Positions 41,401-51,914 of a stretch of 64,000 nt of DNA are shown here, in pieces. Positions within the stretch are counted from its first letter, which is position 1. Each line of letters begins with the position of its first letter. The notes beneath the pieces were generated by a model. The model was given only the letters and a program-made list of their open reading frames with translations, made no database searches and was not told the origin of the DNA. Origin of the DNA: Polyangiales bacterium (GTDB taxonomy: Bacteria > Myxococcota_A > Polyangia > Polyangiales > Polyangiaceae); the NCBI GenBank assembly GCA_038231275.1, contig JBBRLQ010000005.1, positions 128,001 to 192,000 of the forward strand. Reading direction: 5' to 3'. Both the position numbers and the translations under genes were made by a program.

Positions 41401-41615
41401 GTGAGCGCGCGCTCGTAGTTCGTGATGAGCCGCTTCTCCATCTCTTCGGGCGGGAGGCCGCCGTAGAACCAGATCGCGGAGATGACGGGGATGTCGACGT
41501 CGGGAAAGATGTCCTTCGGCATGCGAAGGGTAGTCCCCACCCCCAAGATGACGATGAGCATCGCCATCACGACGAAGGTGTAGGGGCGCTTGAGCGCGAT
41601 GCGTACGAGCCACAT
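38436..41615 (-). CDS. RND efflux permease (AcrB/CusA superfamily)
   Basis: [44 protein letters not shown]. Confidence 0.96.
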   Translation of the reverse strand: MWLVRIALKRPYTFVVMAMLIVILGVGTTLRMPKDIFPDVDIPVISAIWFYGGLPPEEMEKRLITNYERALTTTVNDIEHIDSQSLTGLAIVKIYFHPGARIEAATAQVTAISQSVVKLMPPGATPPFIIRYSASNVPILQMALESDSLSEQQLFDYATNYVRADAATVSGTQIPWPYGGKMRQVMVDIDPSRLFAWGLSPRDVTAAVLAENVIMPTGTAKMGVNEYPVLTNSSPTALADLANLPIKTVKGTTVYIRDVASVRDGYAPQTNMVHVEGRRSVLLSVMKNGSASTLDVVAGIKALLSATAARLPKELKLSTLFDQSLFVRAAIDGVVKEALIAAGLTALMILLFLRSWRATLVVIVSIPLSILVSIVVLYALGQTLNVMTLGGMALAVGILVDDATVEIENIHRNLAQKKTLVNAILDGAQQIAVPAFVSTLCICIVFVPVAFITGAAKSLFIPLALAVVFAMITSYLLSRTLVPTMVRFLLAKEVHGHDGQAAPSKGFFGRFNAAFERGFNGLRIAYGSLLAWALSRPRRAASTLFGFAVLSLGLGPMLGRDFFPTVDAGLIKLHVRGAPGVRIEETEKRFADIEKTIRTVIPKGEIGTMLDNIGIPYSGINLSLSEGAQISASDGQIFISLKPEHAPTADYVRALRKTLNAKYPDTTFFFLAPDISTQVLNFGIAAPIDVMVTGAPGNEDKTLEVARTIAARVKRIPGAADVHLAQVSAQPELRIDVDRTMAQQAGLSQRDVASDLLTSLSSSAQVSPSYWLDGKFGVQYPIAIQTPQYDNGTMAALQNTPLSRGELGVPALLANVATISRITGPVNITHYNAARTFDVQANVDGTDLGSVATAVHKIVDAMGPELPRGTTLRVKGQVESMESSFRGLLIGLFFAVLLVYLLMVVNFQSWLDPFIILMALPGAIAGIAWMLFLTGTTLSVPALMGSIMCVGVATSNSILVVTFANEQRAYGRDAREAALAAGMTRLRPVIMTALAMMIGMLPMSLGLGEGGEQNAPLGRAVIGGLALATFMTLFFVPVMYGILRRKAPAEDPELEAIAT

Positions 41616-41688
41616 GCCGACGGCTCCGATGCCGTGACCAAGAGTCCGGCTTCGCGCGGCGCCTGTCCAATAGCTCCAGCGACGGCTG

Positions 41689-41707
41689 TGATACCTTTTG
41701 GGTATCA
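41689..41707. promoter_or_regulatory. LysR-type operator (ATAC-N7-GTAT palindrome)
   Basis: TGATACC-ttttg-GGTATCA between the divergent RND and LysR genes; fits T-N11-A. Confidence 0.8.
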
Positions 41708-41709
41708 CC

Positions 41710-42627
41710 ATGGACGTCGAGCTGCGTCACCTGAGGTACTTCGTCGCGGTGGCCGAGGAGCGCCATTTCGGCCGCGCGGCGCGCCGGCTCGGGATCGCGC
41801 AGCCGCCGCTCAGCCGGCAAATCCAGGCGCTCGAGGGGGAGCTGGGGCTGCTCTTGTTCGAGCGCACGCGCCGAATGGTCGAGCTCACGCAGGCCGGCGA
41901 GGCCCTCCTCCAACGGGCACGAACGGTGTTCGAGGCCGTCGACGTCGCGATCCACGAGGCGCAGCGCGCCGCGCACGGCCAGGCGGGGCGCATCGCGATT
42001 GGGTACCCGTCGTCGGTCGCCTACAGCGGCCTCGTCGAGCTCCTCCGCGCGTTCCGGCAGCGCGCGCCCGACGTGCAGATCGCCCTGAGCGAGCTACCGC
42101 CCCAAGATCAGATCGACGCGCTCAAGGATCGCCGCCTCGACGTCGGGTTCGTCCGCAGCGCGCTCGACGATCCACAGATCGCCGTCGAGCACGTGCGGAG
42201 CGAGCCGTTCGTCGTTGCGCTGCCCGCCGATCATCCGCTCGCGTCGCGCCGTCGCATCCCCCTCGAGCTGCTCCGCGACGAGCCGTTCGTGTCGATCCAG
42301 CGCCACCGCGCGCCGGCGTTCTTCGATCACATCATGCGCCTCTGCCACGCCGCCGGCTTCGTCCCTCGGATCGCGCAGGAGGCGTCGCAGCTCGATCTGG
42401 TGAGCCTCGTCGCCGCGGGGTTCGGCGTTGCCATCGTCCCGAGCTCGCTGCGCGACGTCCGGCGCGGCGGCATCGTGATGCGCCCCATCCCCGGCGCCCC
42501 ACGCACCGAGCTGCTCCTCGCGTGGCGACCCGACAACTCGTCGCCGGCGCTTCGTGGTTTCCTGGAGTTGGTGCGCAACGTCGGCGTCCGCCGGGCGAAG
42601 CGCTCCCGCCGCGCCCGCGTTGCCTGA
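41710..42627 (+). CDS. LysR family transcriptional regulator
   Basis: [39 protein letters not shown]. Confidence 0.96.
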   Translation: MDVELRHLRYFVAVAEERHFGRAARRLGIAQPPLSRQIQALEGELGLLLFERTRRMVELTQAGEALLQRARTVFEAVDVAIHEAQRAAHGQAGRIAIGYPSSVAYSGLVELLRAFRQRAPDVQIALSELPPQDQIDALKDRRLDVGFVRSALDDPQIAVEHVRSEPFVVALPADHPLASRRRIPLELLRDEPFVSIQRHRAPAFFDHIMRLCHAAGFVPRIAQEASQLDLVSLVAAGFGVAIVPSSLRDVRRGGIVMRPIPGAPRTELLLAWRPDNSSPALRGFLELVRNVGVRRAKRSRRARVA

Positions 42628-42695
42628 CTCCGGGCCGCCGGCAATTTTGCCGTCTCCGCCGACCCACCTACGATGACTCGGGCTGGGAGGCGACC

Positions 42696-43385
42696 ATGAA
42701 GCAGCGAATCGCAGCTGAATTCTTCGGGACGATGTGGCTGGTCCTCGGCGGCTGCGGCAGCGCGGTCCTCGCCGCGGCGTTTCCGCAGCTCGGGATCGCC
42801 TTCCACGGCGTCGCGCTGGCCTTCGGCCTCACGGTCCTCTCGGGCGCCTACGCGTTCGGGACCATCTCGGGGGGTCACTTCAACCCCGCGGTCACGCTGG
42901 GCCTCACCGTCGCCGGCCGCTTCCAGTCGAAGGACCTCCCCGCGTACTGGGCGGCGCAGGTCGCGGGCGGCATCGCGGGGGCCGGCGTCCTCTTCTTCAT
43001 CGCGAGCGGCAAACCCGGGTTCGCGCCGGGCGGCTTCGCGTCGAACGGCTTCGGCGAGCACAGCCCGGGCGGCTACTCCATGACCTCCGCGCTCGTCTGC
43101 GAGGTCGTGATGACCTTCTTTTTCCTCCTCGTGATCCTGGGCGTCACCGCGAAGAAGGCGGCGCTCGACCTGGCGCCTGTCGCGATCGGCCTCTGCCTCA
43201 CGCTGATCCATCTCATCAGCATCCCGGTGACCAATACGTCGGTGAACCCCGCGCGCAGCACGGCGGTCGCGCTCTTCGCCGAGGGAGGGTGGGCGATGCC
43301 GCAGCTGTGGCTCTTCTGGGTCGCGCCGCTCATCGGCGCCGCGATCGCCGGCTTCGTCTTCCCGAAGGCCTTCAGCGCGGAGTAG
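42696..43385 (+). CDS. aqpZ: Aquaporin Z
   Basis: [35 protein letters not shown]. Confidence 0.96.
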   Translation: MKQRIAAEFFGTMWLVLGGCGSAVLAAAFPQLGIAFHGVALAFGLTVLSGAYAFGTISGGHFNPAVTLGLTVAGRFQSKDLPAYWAAQVAGGIAGAGVLFFIASGKPGFAPGGFASNGFGEHSPGGYSMTSALVCEVVMTFFFLLVILGVTAKKAALDLAPVAIGLCLTLIHLISIPVTNTSVNPARSTAVALFAEGGWAMPQLWLFWVAPLIGAAIAGFVFPKAFSAE

Positions 43386-44169
43386 TTGCCGTCGGCGGCG
43401 CCGGGTAGCAGCCCGCCTCGAGCAGCTCGGGGCGGTACTCGAAGTGCATCGTGTCGTAGTGGAACCACCGTCCGCCCCAGATGAAGCCCTCGGCCTCGAA
43501 GGCGTCGACGATGACCTGCGGCACGCGGTTTTTACACACGCGCTGCTTCTCGGGGACGTTGCGCCAGTAGTGGGCGACCGACGGATCGAGATCGATCGCA
43601 ATCCCCCACGAGTGCATGCTCAGCTCCTTCGTGCCGGCGATGACGCGCCAGTTGAAGGTGCCGCCGGGATTCACGAAGAAGCGATCCATCCCGCGCCCTT
43701 CTTTGGTTCGCGCGGCGGCGTCGAGGCGCGCGGCGACGCGACGAAACGGCTCGGCGATGCGCTTGTGCACGTGGAACGTCTGTCCGCGCATGCGCACGCC
43801 GACGAGCTGTGATTGCACGGCGGTCGCGGTCGCACCGAAGGCGGCGCGCATCACCGCGTCGATGCGCACGCGACCCGGATCGTAGTCGGGATCGGTGATC
43901 GGCGTGATCTCGCCGGTCTTGTAGACGAGCTCGTAGACGTCCTGGACCTCCGCCATCGAGACGCTCTCGCCGCTCGGCAGCTCGAGAGACCACTCCGCGG
44001 CTTGGAGCCGCGGAGTGCCGCCGTAGTGCTTCGCGATGCAGGCCATCGTCGTCGGAGTCGGAGTCGGAGTCGGAGTCGGAGTCGCGTTCGGAGTCGGAGT
44101 CGGAGTCGGAGTTTTCGGAGTCGGAGTCGCCGCCGTGGCCGCCGCAAAGAGCAGCACGAACGGCGTCAC
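43372..44169 (-). CDS. M15 family metallopeptidase (peptidoglycan peptidase), secreted, PT linker
   Basis: FNWR.IAG...[11 protein letters not shown] (SxHxxGxAxD), [22 protein letters not shown] overlap with upstream gene. Confidence 0.88.
   Translation of the reverse strand: MTPFVLLFAAATAATPTPKTPTPTPTPNATPTPTPTPTPTTMACIAKHYGGTPRLQAAEWSLELPSGESVSMAEVQDVYELVYKTGEITPITDPDYDPGRVRIDAVMRAAFGATATAVQSQLVGVRMRGQTFHVHKRIAEPFRRVAARLDAAARTKEGRGMDRFFVNPGGTFNWRVIAGTKELSMHSWGIAIDLDPSVAHYWRNVPEKQRVCKNRVPQVIVDAFEAEGFIWGGRWFHYDTMHFEYRPELLEAGCYPAPPTATTPR
44051..44129. repeat. Hexanucleotide (GGAGTC)n repeat encoding a Thr-Pro linker
   Basis: Roughly a dozen near-identical units with two interruptions. Confidence 0.85.
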
Positions 44170-44855
44170 GACGTTGCCCGCGGGTGCGCGAGGAGCCAAT
44201 TCATGATCGCCGCGCCGTGCGAGGGGAGGGCGGCCCACTCGCCGCCGTGATCCGCGCCGCGAACGAGATCCCACGTGAGGTCCGCCCCGCACGCGGCGTC
44301 GTGATCGCGCAAGCGAACGGACAGGTAGTGGAGCGGGTTCTTGTCGCCCACCAGGAAATACACGGGCGTCTTCGGCGCCTCGCATGCCGTGTCGGCAGGC
44401 GGAACGCCGCCCCCGTGAACGACCATGGCCGCGAAGTCGCGCGCGAACGTCTGCGCGTTCATCCCCATCCACGTCGCGCCGCCCGACCACCCGACGAGCC
44501 AGAGCCGATCGCGATCGACCGCGCGTGTCCCTTCCACCTTCGCGACCTGCGCCTTCACCCACGCCGGATCGCCCGCCCACTGCCAGTAGCTGCCTTTGCA
44601 GCCGAGGTCCTTCGGGCACGCGAGCGTGAGCACGCCGACGCCGCGCTTCGTCGCGAGGCGCGTCCACGCGTCGTGCGGCGTTTGCGTGGGTTGATGATCG
44701 CCGTGGAGGACGACGAGGAGCGGCGCGGGTGCGTCGCCCGCAGGAAGCGAGAGGCGGCACCCGGCGCACGGCGGCTCCGCGTGGGCTGCCGTCGCGAACG
44801 CGAACGACGCGGCGAACGACGCGAGCGCGGCGGCGATGGCGACGGCGCGCGTCAT
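44166..44855 (-). CDS. Secreted alpha/beta hydrolase (esterase-like)
   Basis: Signal peptide AHA, VVLHG, GWSGG nucleophile elbow, GDKNP, GADH. Confidence 0.8.
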   Translation of the reverse strand: MTRAVAIAAALASFAASFAFATAAHAEPPCAGCRLSLPAGDAPAPLLVVLHGDHQPTQTPHDAWTRLATKRGVGVLTLACPKDLGCKGSYWQWAGDPAWVKAQVAKVEGTRAVDRDRLWLVGWSGGATWMGMNAQTFARDFAAMVVHGGGVPPADTACEAPKTPVYFLVGDKNPLHYLSVRLRDHDAACGADLTWDLVRGADHGGEWAALPSHGAAIMNWLLAHPRATS

Positions 44856-45685
44856 GGCATACGCCGCAGCGTGCGCATCGGGAACGGGGCCCAGAACGGT
44901 GTCTTCACCTCGGTCGCGCCTGGCTCCACGACGAACCAGGTCGCGTCGCGCGCCGGGCGCAGCAGCTGGAAGCTCTGCGCGGGCATGTAGCTCTGGCCGA
45001 GCAGCAGCGCGGTCCTCCCGCTCACGTCCTTCGCGACGTCGAGGACGAGCACCGCGTGGCCGAACGGCGAGCCGGTCATGACGAAGAAATCGCCCGGCCG
45101 CACCTCGGCGAACGGGACCTGCGTCCCTTCCTTCGTGAGCGACGACGTGTTGGCCCACGTGAAGACCTCGTCGAGCCACGCACGGAATGCCGCGTGATCG
45201 TCGCGCCGCGGGCTCGCGACGTCGCGCAGCGAGGCTTTCCCGCCCTCGCCGGCGACCATGCGCGCGCCGCCGAGCCACCTCTTGTACGAGAGCAGCGTGC
45301 CCGACGCCGCGTGGTACGCCTGATCGCGATCGCCCCGGCCGTAGTGCCACTCCGCGTGCATACGAATCACCGCATCCGCGCACTGCTGGAGATCGCGCGC
45401 GCCGACGTCGATGTCGATCACGCCGGCGATGCCCGGGTGCCGCCCGTCCTCATAGAGAGGCGCGCCTCGGAAGTCTTTCACCTTCGCATCGGACTGCGCG
45501 ATCGGCACGGTGCGGAGGAACGCGCCGAAGCTCCCATCGTCCACCGAGGTTCGCGTGAAGCCTGCCAACGCGGGCACGCGCGTGTCGAGCGTCTCCGCCG
45601 AGGTGAACGACCACGGATGCGTCGTCGCGTCGGGGACGCTCAGGAAGGTGATCGTCATCCACAGAACGCCGGCCGCTCGGATCAT
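44852..45685 (-). CDS. DUF4846 domain-containing protein
   Basis: D.G.RDLQQCADAVIRM.AE, ANTSSL, PGD.F...GSP.GHAV.VLD, QSYMPAQ. Confidence 0.8.
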   Translation of the reverse strand: MIRAAGVLWMTITFLSVPDATTHPWSFTSAETLDTRVPALAGFTRTSVDDGSFGAFLRTVPIAQSDAKVKDFRGAPLYEDGRHPGIAGVIDIDVGARDLQQCADAVIRMHAEWHYGRGDRDQAYHAASGTLLSYKRWLGGARMVAGEGGKASLRDVASPRRDDHAAFRAWLDEVFTWANTSSLTKEGTQVPFAEVRPGDFFVMTGSPFGHAVLVLDVAKDVSGRTALLLGQSYMPAQSFQLLRPARDATWFVVEPGATEVKTPFWAPFPMRTLRRMP

Positions 45686-45743
45686 CTCGCAAGGTTGGAC
45701 CCACGGGCCGGCTGGCTATTGGGTGAGCCGGCAGGACGTTATC

Positions 45744-47018
45744 TCATAGGCAGGTAGGCGTAACCACGTAGACCCCATGCTCGCCGACGATCACGAGCTC
45801 CGGAGCGGCATCGCCGAAGAGGTTCGCGGCGAGGACGAGCGTACCTCGGTCGGCGGCGACCGTGGCCGCCCGCGGAGCCTCGAAGCGCCGCCCGCCAAGT
45901 CCGCGCCAGGTCACGACGACGCCGGCGTCCGCGTCCGAACCGAGGATGTCGGGGGTGCCGTCACCATCGAGGTCCGCGACCACGAGCGCGCGTACCCGGA
46001 AAGCGGAAGTCGGGAGGTTCATGATGTCGGTCGCGCTCGGTCCGAACGCCACATGGACCGTCGGGGTCGACAGCGAATCAGACGGGCCGAGGTCCGAGAA
46101 GACGACGTCGTCCTTGCCGTCGCCGTCGACGTCGCCGAAGCGCGCGGTCGTCGCGCGTCGATGGCCGAAGATCGTCAAGGTGCCGCCTCCGGAGGAGACC
46201 ACGCGGGTCCCGTCGAGCACCTCGATCATGCCGTCTCCGTCGATATCGCCGACGCCTGCGCTAGCGCGCCGCGCGGTCACTTTCCACGGCGCGTCAACGC
46301 CCGCGGCGAAGCCGGTGGAGGTGGCCGTCCAGAGCTTCGGTTTCAAGCTGGCGTCGATCCCGATGACATCCAATCGGCCGTCTCCGTCGACGTCGACCGC
46401 GCCCGCCGCGTCGAACCTCCCGGTCGCTTGGGCGGCGACGGACGACAGCGAGCCGTCGCCGCCCCCCCGCAGTCGGTGAAGCGCAAGCCCGTCGGCGACG
46501 ACAACGTCTGCCTTGCCGTCGCCGTCGAAGTCTCCGGCGAAGAGGCGCGCGCTCGCCCAAGCCACCGCGGCCGACGTGGGAACGCCGGCCGCGCGCGTCT
46601 CGAAGGTGCCATCGCCTCGATTCGCCAGCACCACGACGTCCTCGCCGGCGAGGGTCACGACATCGAGCCGCCCGTCACCGTTCATGTCCGCGAGCGCCGC
46701 GGTCACGTGCACGTTGGGGTCGTCGAGGCTCTCGGTAATCGGCGCGGTCAAGAGTGGTGGCTGCGAGCTGCACGTCGCCGCCACCGCCGCGGGGCGGCAC
46801 ACGGCCGTGTCCGGCCGAAGCGAGGCGCACGAGGCGCACGCGTCGCGGACGATCTCGTTGTGCTCGGCGCCGTGGTAGCAGGAGAGTCGCGTCTGCCCCT
46901 CGCAGTGCTCGACGAAGTCGTTGCCACACTGATCGCTGCCGATGAACCCGCACGCGGCTTGAAACGCCAGGAGCGCGCCACCGAGGAGGAGCGCTGAGAA
47001 GAGCTTCGTGATCCTCAT
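45744..47018 (-). CDS. FG-GAP/VCBS repeat lipoprotein
   Basis: Lipobox QAAC; six D.(N/D)GDG..(D/E) repeats. Confidence 0.85.
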   Translation of the reverse strand: MRITKLFSALLLGGALLAFQAACGFIGSDQCGNDFVEHCEGQTRLSCYHGAEHNEIVRDACASCASLRPDTAVCRPAAVAATCSSQPPLLTAPITESLDDPNVHVTAALADMNGDGRLDVVTLAGEDVVVLANRGDGTFETRAAGVPTSAAVAWASARLFAGDFDGDGKADVVVADGLALHRLRGGGDGSLSSVAAQATGRFDAAGAVDVDGDGRLDVIGIDASLKPKLWTATSTGFAAGVDAPWKVTARRASAGVGDIDGDGMIEVLDGTRVVSSGGGTLTIFGHRRATTARFGDVDGDGKDDVVFSDLGPSDSLSTPTVHVAFGPSATDIMNLPTSAFRVRALVVADLDGDGTPDILGSDADAGVVVTWRGLGGRRFEAPRAATVAADRGTLVLAANLFGDAAPELVIVGEHGVYVVTPTCL

Positions 47019-47031
47019 GGGGCGCGAAACA

Positions 47032-47046
47032 GCAAGCGACATGCCA
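47032..47046 (-). promoter_or_regulatory. Candidate sigma54 promoter of FG-GAP gene
   Basis: TGGCATGTCGCTTGC(T), near consensus, 14 nt upstream of ATG 47018. Confidence 0.7.
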
Positions 47047-47271
47047 TGGTCGTGTGCGCGGAGAAGCCCTTCGCGCCTGGCCGGCGTGGAGAGACGTTGG
47101 TATGGGCCGCGACACTCATGTCGGCCGATACTTTCCGACACCGCGAATCGCCCAGCCCCGTTCCTCCTCGTCTCGAGGATGGCCCGCAACGAGAACATCT
47201 CGGTCGGCCTCGTCGTGCCATGCATTCACTTCCCGCTTGTTTTTCCCATCGATTGACGTAGTTCGGTGGGG

Positions 47272-48362
47272 ATGGATCTCACCAAAGACCTGGTCCTCGG
47301 AGCTCTCACCAAGGTCAAAGGCCCCGCCGCGCTGGGAGAAATCGCGATCGCCGGCGGCGCCGTCACCGTGACCGCGTCCCCCGAAGGCGGCTCCCGCGAG
47401 GAGCTCGGCCGTGCGATGCGCAAGGCGGTTACCGCGCTCGACGGCGTTTCGAGCGTCGAGGTGCGATGGACCGGCGAGATGCCCGGCCGCACCATCTCGG
47501 ACACCGATCCGATCCCCGGCGTGAAAAACATCGTCCTCGTGATGAGCGGCAAGGGCGGCGTCGGCAAGAGCACGTGCGCGACGAACCTCACGATGGCGCT
47601 CCACCGCGCCGGCTTCCGCGTCGGCCTGCTCGACGCCGACATCTACGGCCCGTCGATCCCGACGATGCTCGGCGTCACCGGCCGCCCGGTGTCGATGGAC
47701 GGAAAATCGATCGAGCCCCTCTCTCGCTTCGGCGTGAAGCTGATGAGCATCGGCTTCCTCCTCGAGGATCCGAAGGCCGCGGTCATCTGGCGCGGGCCGA
47801 TGCTTCACGGCGCGCTCCAGCAGTTCTTGAACGACGTCGCGTGGGGCGAGCTCGATTTCCTGGTCCTCGATCTGCCGCCCGGCACCGGCGACGTGGCGCT
47901 CACGCTCTCGCAGAAGGTGAAGGTCACCGGCGCGGTCGTCATCACGACGCCGCAGCCCGTCGCGACCGACGACGTCTTCAAGAGCGTGTCGATGTGCCAA
48001 AAAGTGAACATCCCCATCCTCGGCGTCGTCGAGAACATGAGCTTCTTCATCGATTCGGCCGGCGTGAAGCACGAGCTCTTCGGCAAGGGCGGCGGGCAAG
48101 CGGTCGCCGAGTTCGCGCACGCGCCGCTGCTCGGGCAGGTGCCGATCGATCAGACCGTCCGCGAATGGGGCGACAAGGGAACGCCCGTCGTCCAGGCCGC
48201 CCCGCCAGCTCCATCGCGCGCGCGTTCGTCGAGATCGGCGAGCGCCTCGTCGACGTCATCGCCGCGCGCCGCGACGCCGGCGAAGGCAACGTGGCTCCTC
48301 CGACGATCGATCGCAGCGGCGGCCAAGGCGGCCGAAGGCGCCTCCCCGTCACGAAGGGCTGA
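47272..48362 (+). CDS. mrp: Mrp/NBP35 family ATPase (Fe-S cluster carrier), frameshifted at about 48200
   Basis: SGKGGVGKST, DADIYGPS, WRGPM, DLPPGTGD, VENMS; the plausible C-terminus (ASSIARAFVEIGERL...) lies in another frame. Confidence 0.88.
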
Positions 48363-48448
48363 TCGCGCTCCGCCGTGCGCGGGTACGCGAATTCTTCACC
48401 TTCCCGCGATTTTTCCGCTGGTCCGGAAACTGCTTCGTTCGAGCCTTC

Positions 48449-49492
48449 ATGCGGCTCTCCATCCTCTTGTTCGTCCTGTGCGTGGGAATCCTCGCGGCAT
48501 GCGGCGCGAACAACTCCAGCACGTTCGGGGATGGAAACCCCGACGGGAGCGTCGGAGGCGGAGACGACGCGAGCTTCGATCTCGACGCCGGTCCCGACGT
48601 GGATCCCTACAAAAATGATCCACCCCCCAAGTGGTGCGGCGCAGACGGTGGTCCTCCGGCGCCCCCCCCAGTCGGCGGCACGCCCGACTGCCCGAGCGAC
48701 AAGAACAAAGAGGGATGCGACTGCGCCTCCGCGGGCATCGGCGCGACGGCGCCGTGCTGGATGGGCCTCCGCGCGAACCGCAACCTCGGCATCTGCAAAG
48801 ACGGCACGACGACGTGCATCCACAAGAGCGAGACGACGAACCAGTGGGGTCCGTGCGTCGGCGAGGTGCTGCCGCAGCCTGGTGGCAAGGGCAAGGCCGC
48901 GTGCAAGTGCTTCAGCGCAGGGCAGTGGAAGCTCTCCAATTTGATCCCCTGCTTCTTCACGTACTCGCCGAGCAACGCGGTGTACGGGATCTCGACGGTG
49001 CTCGACACCGCGGGCACCGCGAAGTGCGAGGACCCAGTCCCCCCGGAGCCGCCGCCGGCGCCGCCGACGAAGTGGTCCGACGACACGCTCAACGTCGACT
49101 GCGCGGGTCACTTCCGTCTCTGCTACGAGCTCAAGGCCGGCGACTTCGCCAACCCGAAGGCGACCGACTGCGCCGTCACGCCGCGCGACGCGAGCGGCAA
49201 GCCCGCGCTCTGCGTCGAAGGCGACTACTTGAAGGAAGGCGTCGAGCAAGCCTTCCCGTCGATCGGCCCATGGGTGAGCGCGAACACCGCGTGCTCCGCG
49301 CAGTTCAAGAACAGCGGCGGTTACGGCGAGATGACGGTCATCGGCCTCAGCGTCCAATGCGACAAGGTCGACGACGGCGCCGGCAATCCCGAGGTCTTCC
49401 ACCGCATCCAGTATTGCCCCTTCTCGTGCGGCCAAAACCCCAACGGCCCCGGCTGCACGAACTGCCAACAGGGCGGGAGTGGTCAGTTCTGA
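48449..49492 (+). CDS. Cys-rich hypothetical lipoprotein
   Basis: Lipobox LAAC; C..G......GICK.G...C.....WGPC.GEVLP module. Confidence 0.8.
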   Translation: MRLSILLFVLCVGILAACGANNSSTFGDGNPDGSVGGGDDASFDLDAGPDVDPYKNDPPPKWCGADGGPPAPPPVGGTPDCPSDKNKEGCDCASAGIGATAPCWMGLRANRNLGICKDGTTTCIHKSETTNQWGPCVGEVLPQPGGKGKAACKCFSAGQWKLSNLIPCFFTYSPSNAVYGISTVLDTAGTAKCEDPVPPEPPPAPPTKWSDDTLNVDCAGHFRLCYELKAGDFANPKATDCAVTPRDASGKPALCVEGDYLKEGVEQAFPSIGPWVSANTACSAQFKNSGGYGEMTVIGLSVQCDKVDDGAGNPEVFHRIQYCPFSCGQNPNGPGCTNCQQGGSGQF

Positions 49493-49526
49493 AAACGCGC
49501 TACGCGGCGACACCCTCGCCGTGCGC

Positions 49527-50219
49527 TTACTTGACGAGGATCGCGCTGCCGCACGGAACGTCGACGTCGACGGTGTCCCCGTGGCTGCCGACTTTGATCG
49601 CGTGCTTGCCGCAGCGGACGTCGATCAGGCCGTCGGACTCGCCGAGGACGACGCCGTCGACGTAGACGCGATGGCCGTGCGCCTGCGTGGAGAAGGTGAG
49701 CGTGCCGCGCGTCGAGGGCACGATCGGCAGCGTGTCGACGCGGACGCTCGGTACGTCGCCCGATGCAGACTGCGGGGGCTTTGCGGGTGAGGCGGCAGCG
49801 GGGGTCGCCGTCGATGCGGAGCGGCCCGCGGCCTGAACGACGTCGACGTGCGTGCGCGGGTACGGCGTGCGCGTGTCGACGACGCGCGCGAGCACCGCGA
49901 CGGACAGGCTCACGAGCACGCCGATCGCGACGCCGCCGGCGATCCATGGCCCGATGCTCCGCGGCCGTGATGTCATCGGCGCTGACGAACCCATGGTGCG
50001 ACGCGGCGGCGTCACCGGCGGAGGGAGCACGCTCGCGACCGTCGGCGCCACCACCAGCTCCTCGAGGATGTCGTCGACGAGGATCTCCTCCGTCGCGTAC
50101 GGCACCGGAACCACGGGCACTTCCAGCGTGCGAATGGACTCCTGCTCGTCCACCGCACGAAATTCCCCGACCAACGTAGCCGCACGCGGCGCGTTCTTGG
50201 GGGGGAGCGGAATCCTCAT
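49527..50219 (-). CDS. Hypothetical single-TM protein with PEGA-like C-terminal domain
   Basis: TM helix; RVYVDG..LGE....V.CG.H.I.V. Confidence 0.65.
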   Translation of the reverse strand: MRIPLPPKNAPRAATLVGEFRAVDEQESIRTLEVPVVPVPYATEEILVDDILEELVVAPTVASVLPPPVTPPRRTMGSSAPMTSRPRSIGPWIAGGVAIGVLVSLSVAVLARVVDTRTPYPRTHVDVVQAAGRSASTATPAAASPAKPPQSASGDVPSVRVDTLPIVPSTRGTLTFSTQAHGHRVYVDGVVLGESDGLIDVRCGKHAIKVGSHGDTVDVDVPCGSAILVK

Positions 50220-50272
50220 ACGCGGCAGAAGCTATTTCTCGGCGGAGCCCCGGGCGCAAGTCGGACTCGACC

Positions 50273-51118
<846 letters not shown>

Positions 51119-51162
51119 GGACACCAGATGGTTAGCACACGAACTAGCTGCCGAAAAACGGC

Positions 51163-51894
51163 TTAGAGATCGAAAAAAGCCCCGACGCCGCCCAGCACCG
51201 CGAACTGGAAGATGCTCGCGTTGGCGGTGAACGTGGTGCCGTTGCGCGACAGCGAGTGCGACGCGCCGAGCGTCGTCGACAGCTCGGGGCCGAGGTGGAA
51301 AAAGACGGCCTCCACGGGGCGGTAGAGGAAGCCCACGTCTACGTCGAGCAAGAACCCGTACGTGGTGGTCTTCCCCTGCGCGGCGGGATCGGCGTCGGCG
51401 GTCAAGCTCTGGCGTGACGCGTACCCGATGCCCGCGCGCGGCCAGATCCCGAACTTGTCGCTGAGCGCGAACAGGTAGCCGACGCGCGGGATGAAGGCGA
51501 AGCCGGTGGTCGTGGGCAGCTCCACCGTCTGCGTCGCGTTCTGGTTGGTCGGGCGCTGGATGGACTGCGACTGCGTGGTCAGCTCGATGAGGCCGCCGAT
51601 CGACAGGTGATCGATGATGAAGAAATCCGCGGACGGCGCGAACCAGAACGTCGTCGTCTTCACCGTGGTGTCGCCGGCGTTGTTGAAGCCGGTCTCGGTG
51701 ACGCTCTGCGTCGCGAAGCCGATGGGACCCGCGTACGAGAGGCCTCCGCTGTTGACGCGGAAGCCGGCCACTTGATCGATCGAGAGCGTGTGCTTCGCGC
51801 CCATCGTATTGAGGAGCTCGCGCTGGGCGAGGGCCCCGCGGGCGGACGTGAAAACCAGGGCAAATGCCAGGAGGCGGACCATCGTTCGCAGCAT
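51163..51894 (-). CDS. Outer-membrane beta-barrel protein
   Basis: Signal peptide ALA, amphipathic strands, aromatic C-terminus (GVGAFFDL). Confidence 0.75.
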   Translation of the reverse strand: MLRTMVRLLAFALVFTSARGALAQRELLNTMGAKHTLSIDQVAGFRVNSGGLSYAGPIGFATQSVTETGFNNAGDTTVKTTTFWFAPSADFFIIDHLSIGGLIELTTQSQSIQRPTNQNATQTVELPTTTGFAFIPRVGYLFALSDKFGIWPRAGIGYASRQSLTADADPAAQGKTTTYGFLLDVDVGFLYRPVEAVFFHLGPELSTTLGASHSLSRNGTTFTANASIFQFAVLGGVGAFFDL

Positions 51895-51914
51895 GGTGGT
51901 GCTACGGTATCACG

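Noticed and set aside
44051-44129. GGAGTC repeats as CRISPR or a phase-variation tract
   Set aside because: No spacers; the 6-nt unit keeps frame and encodes a Thr-Pro linker
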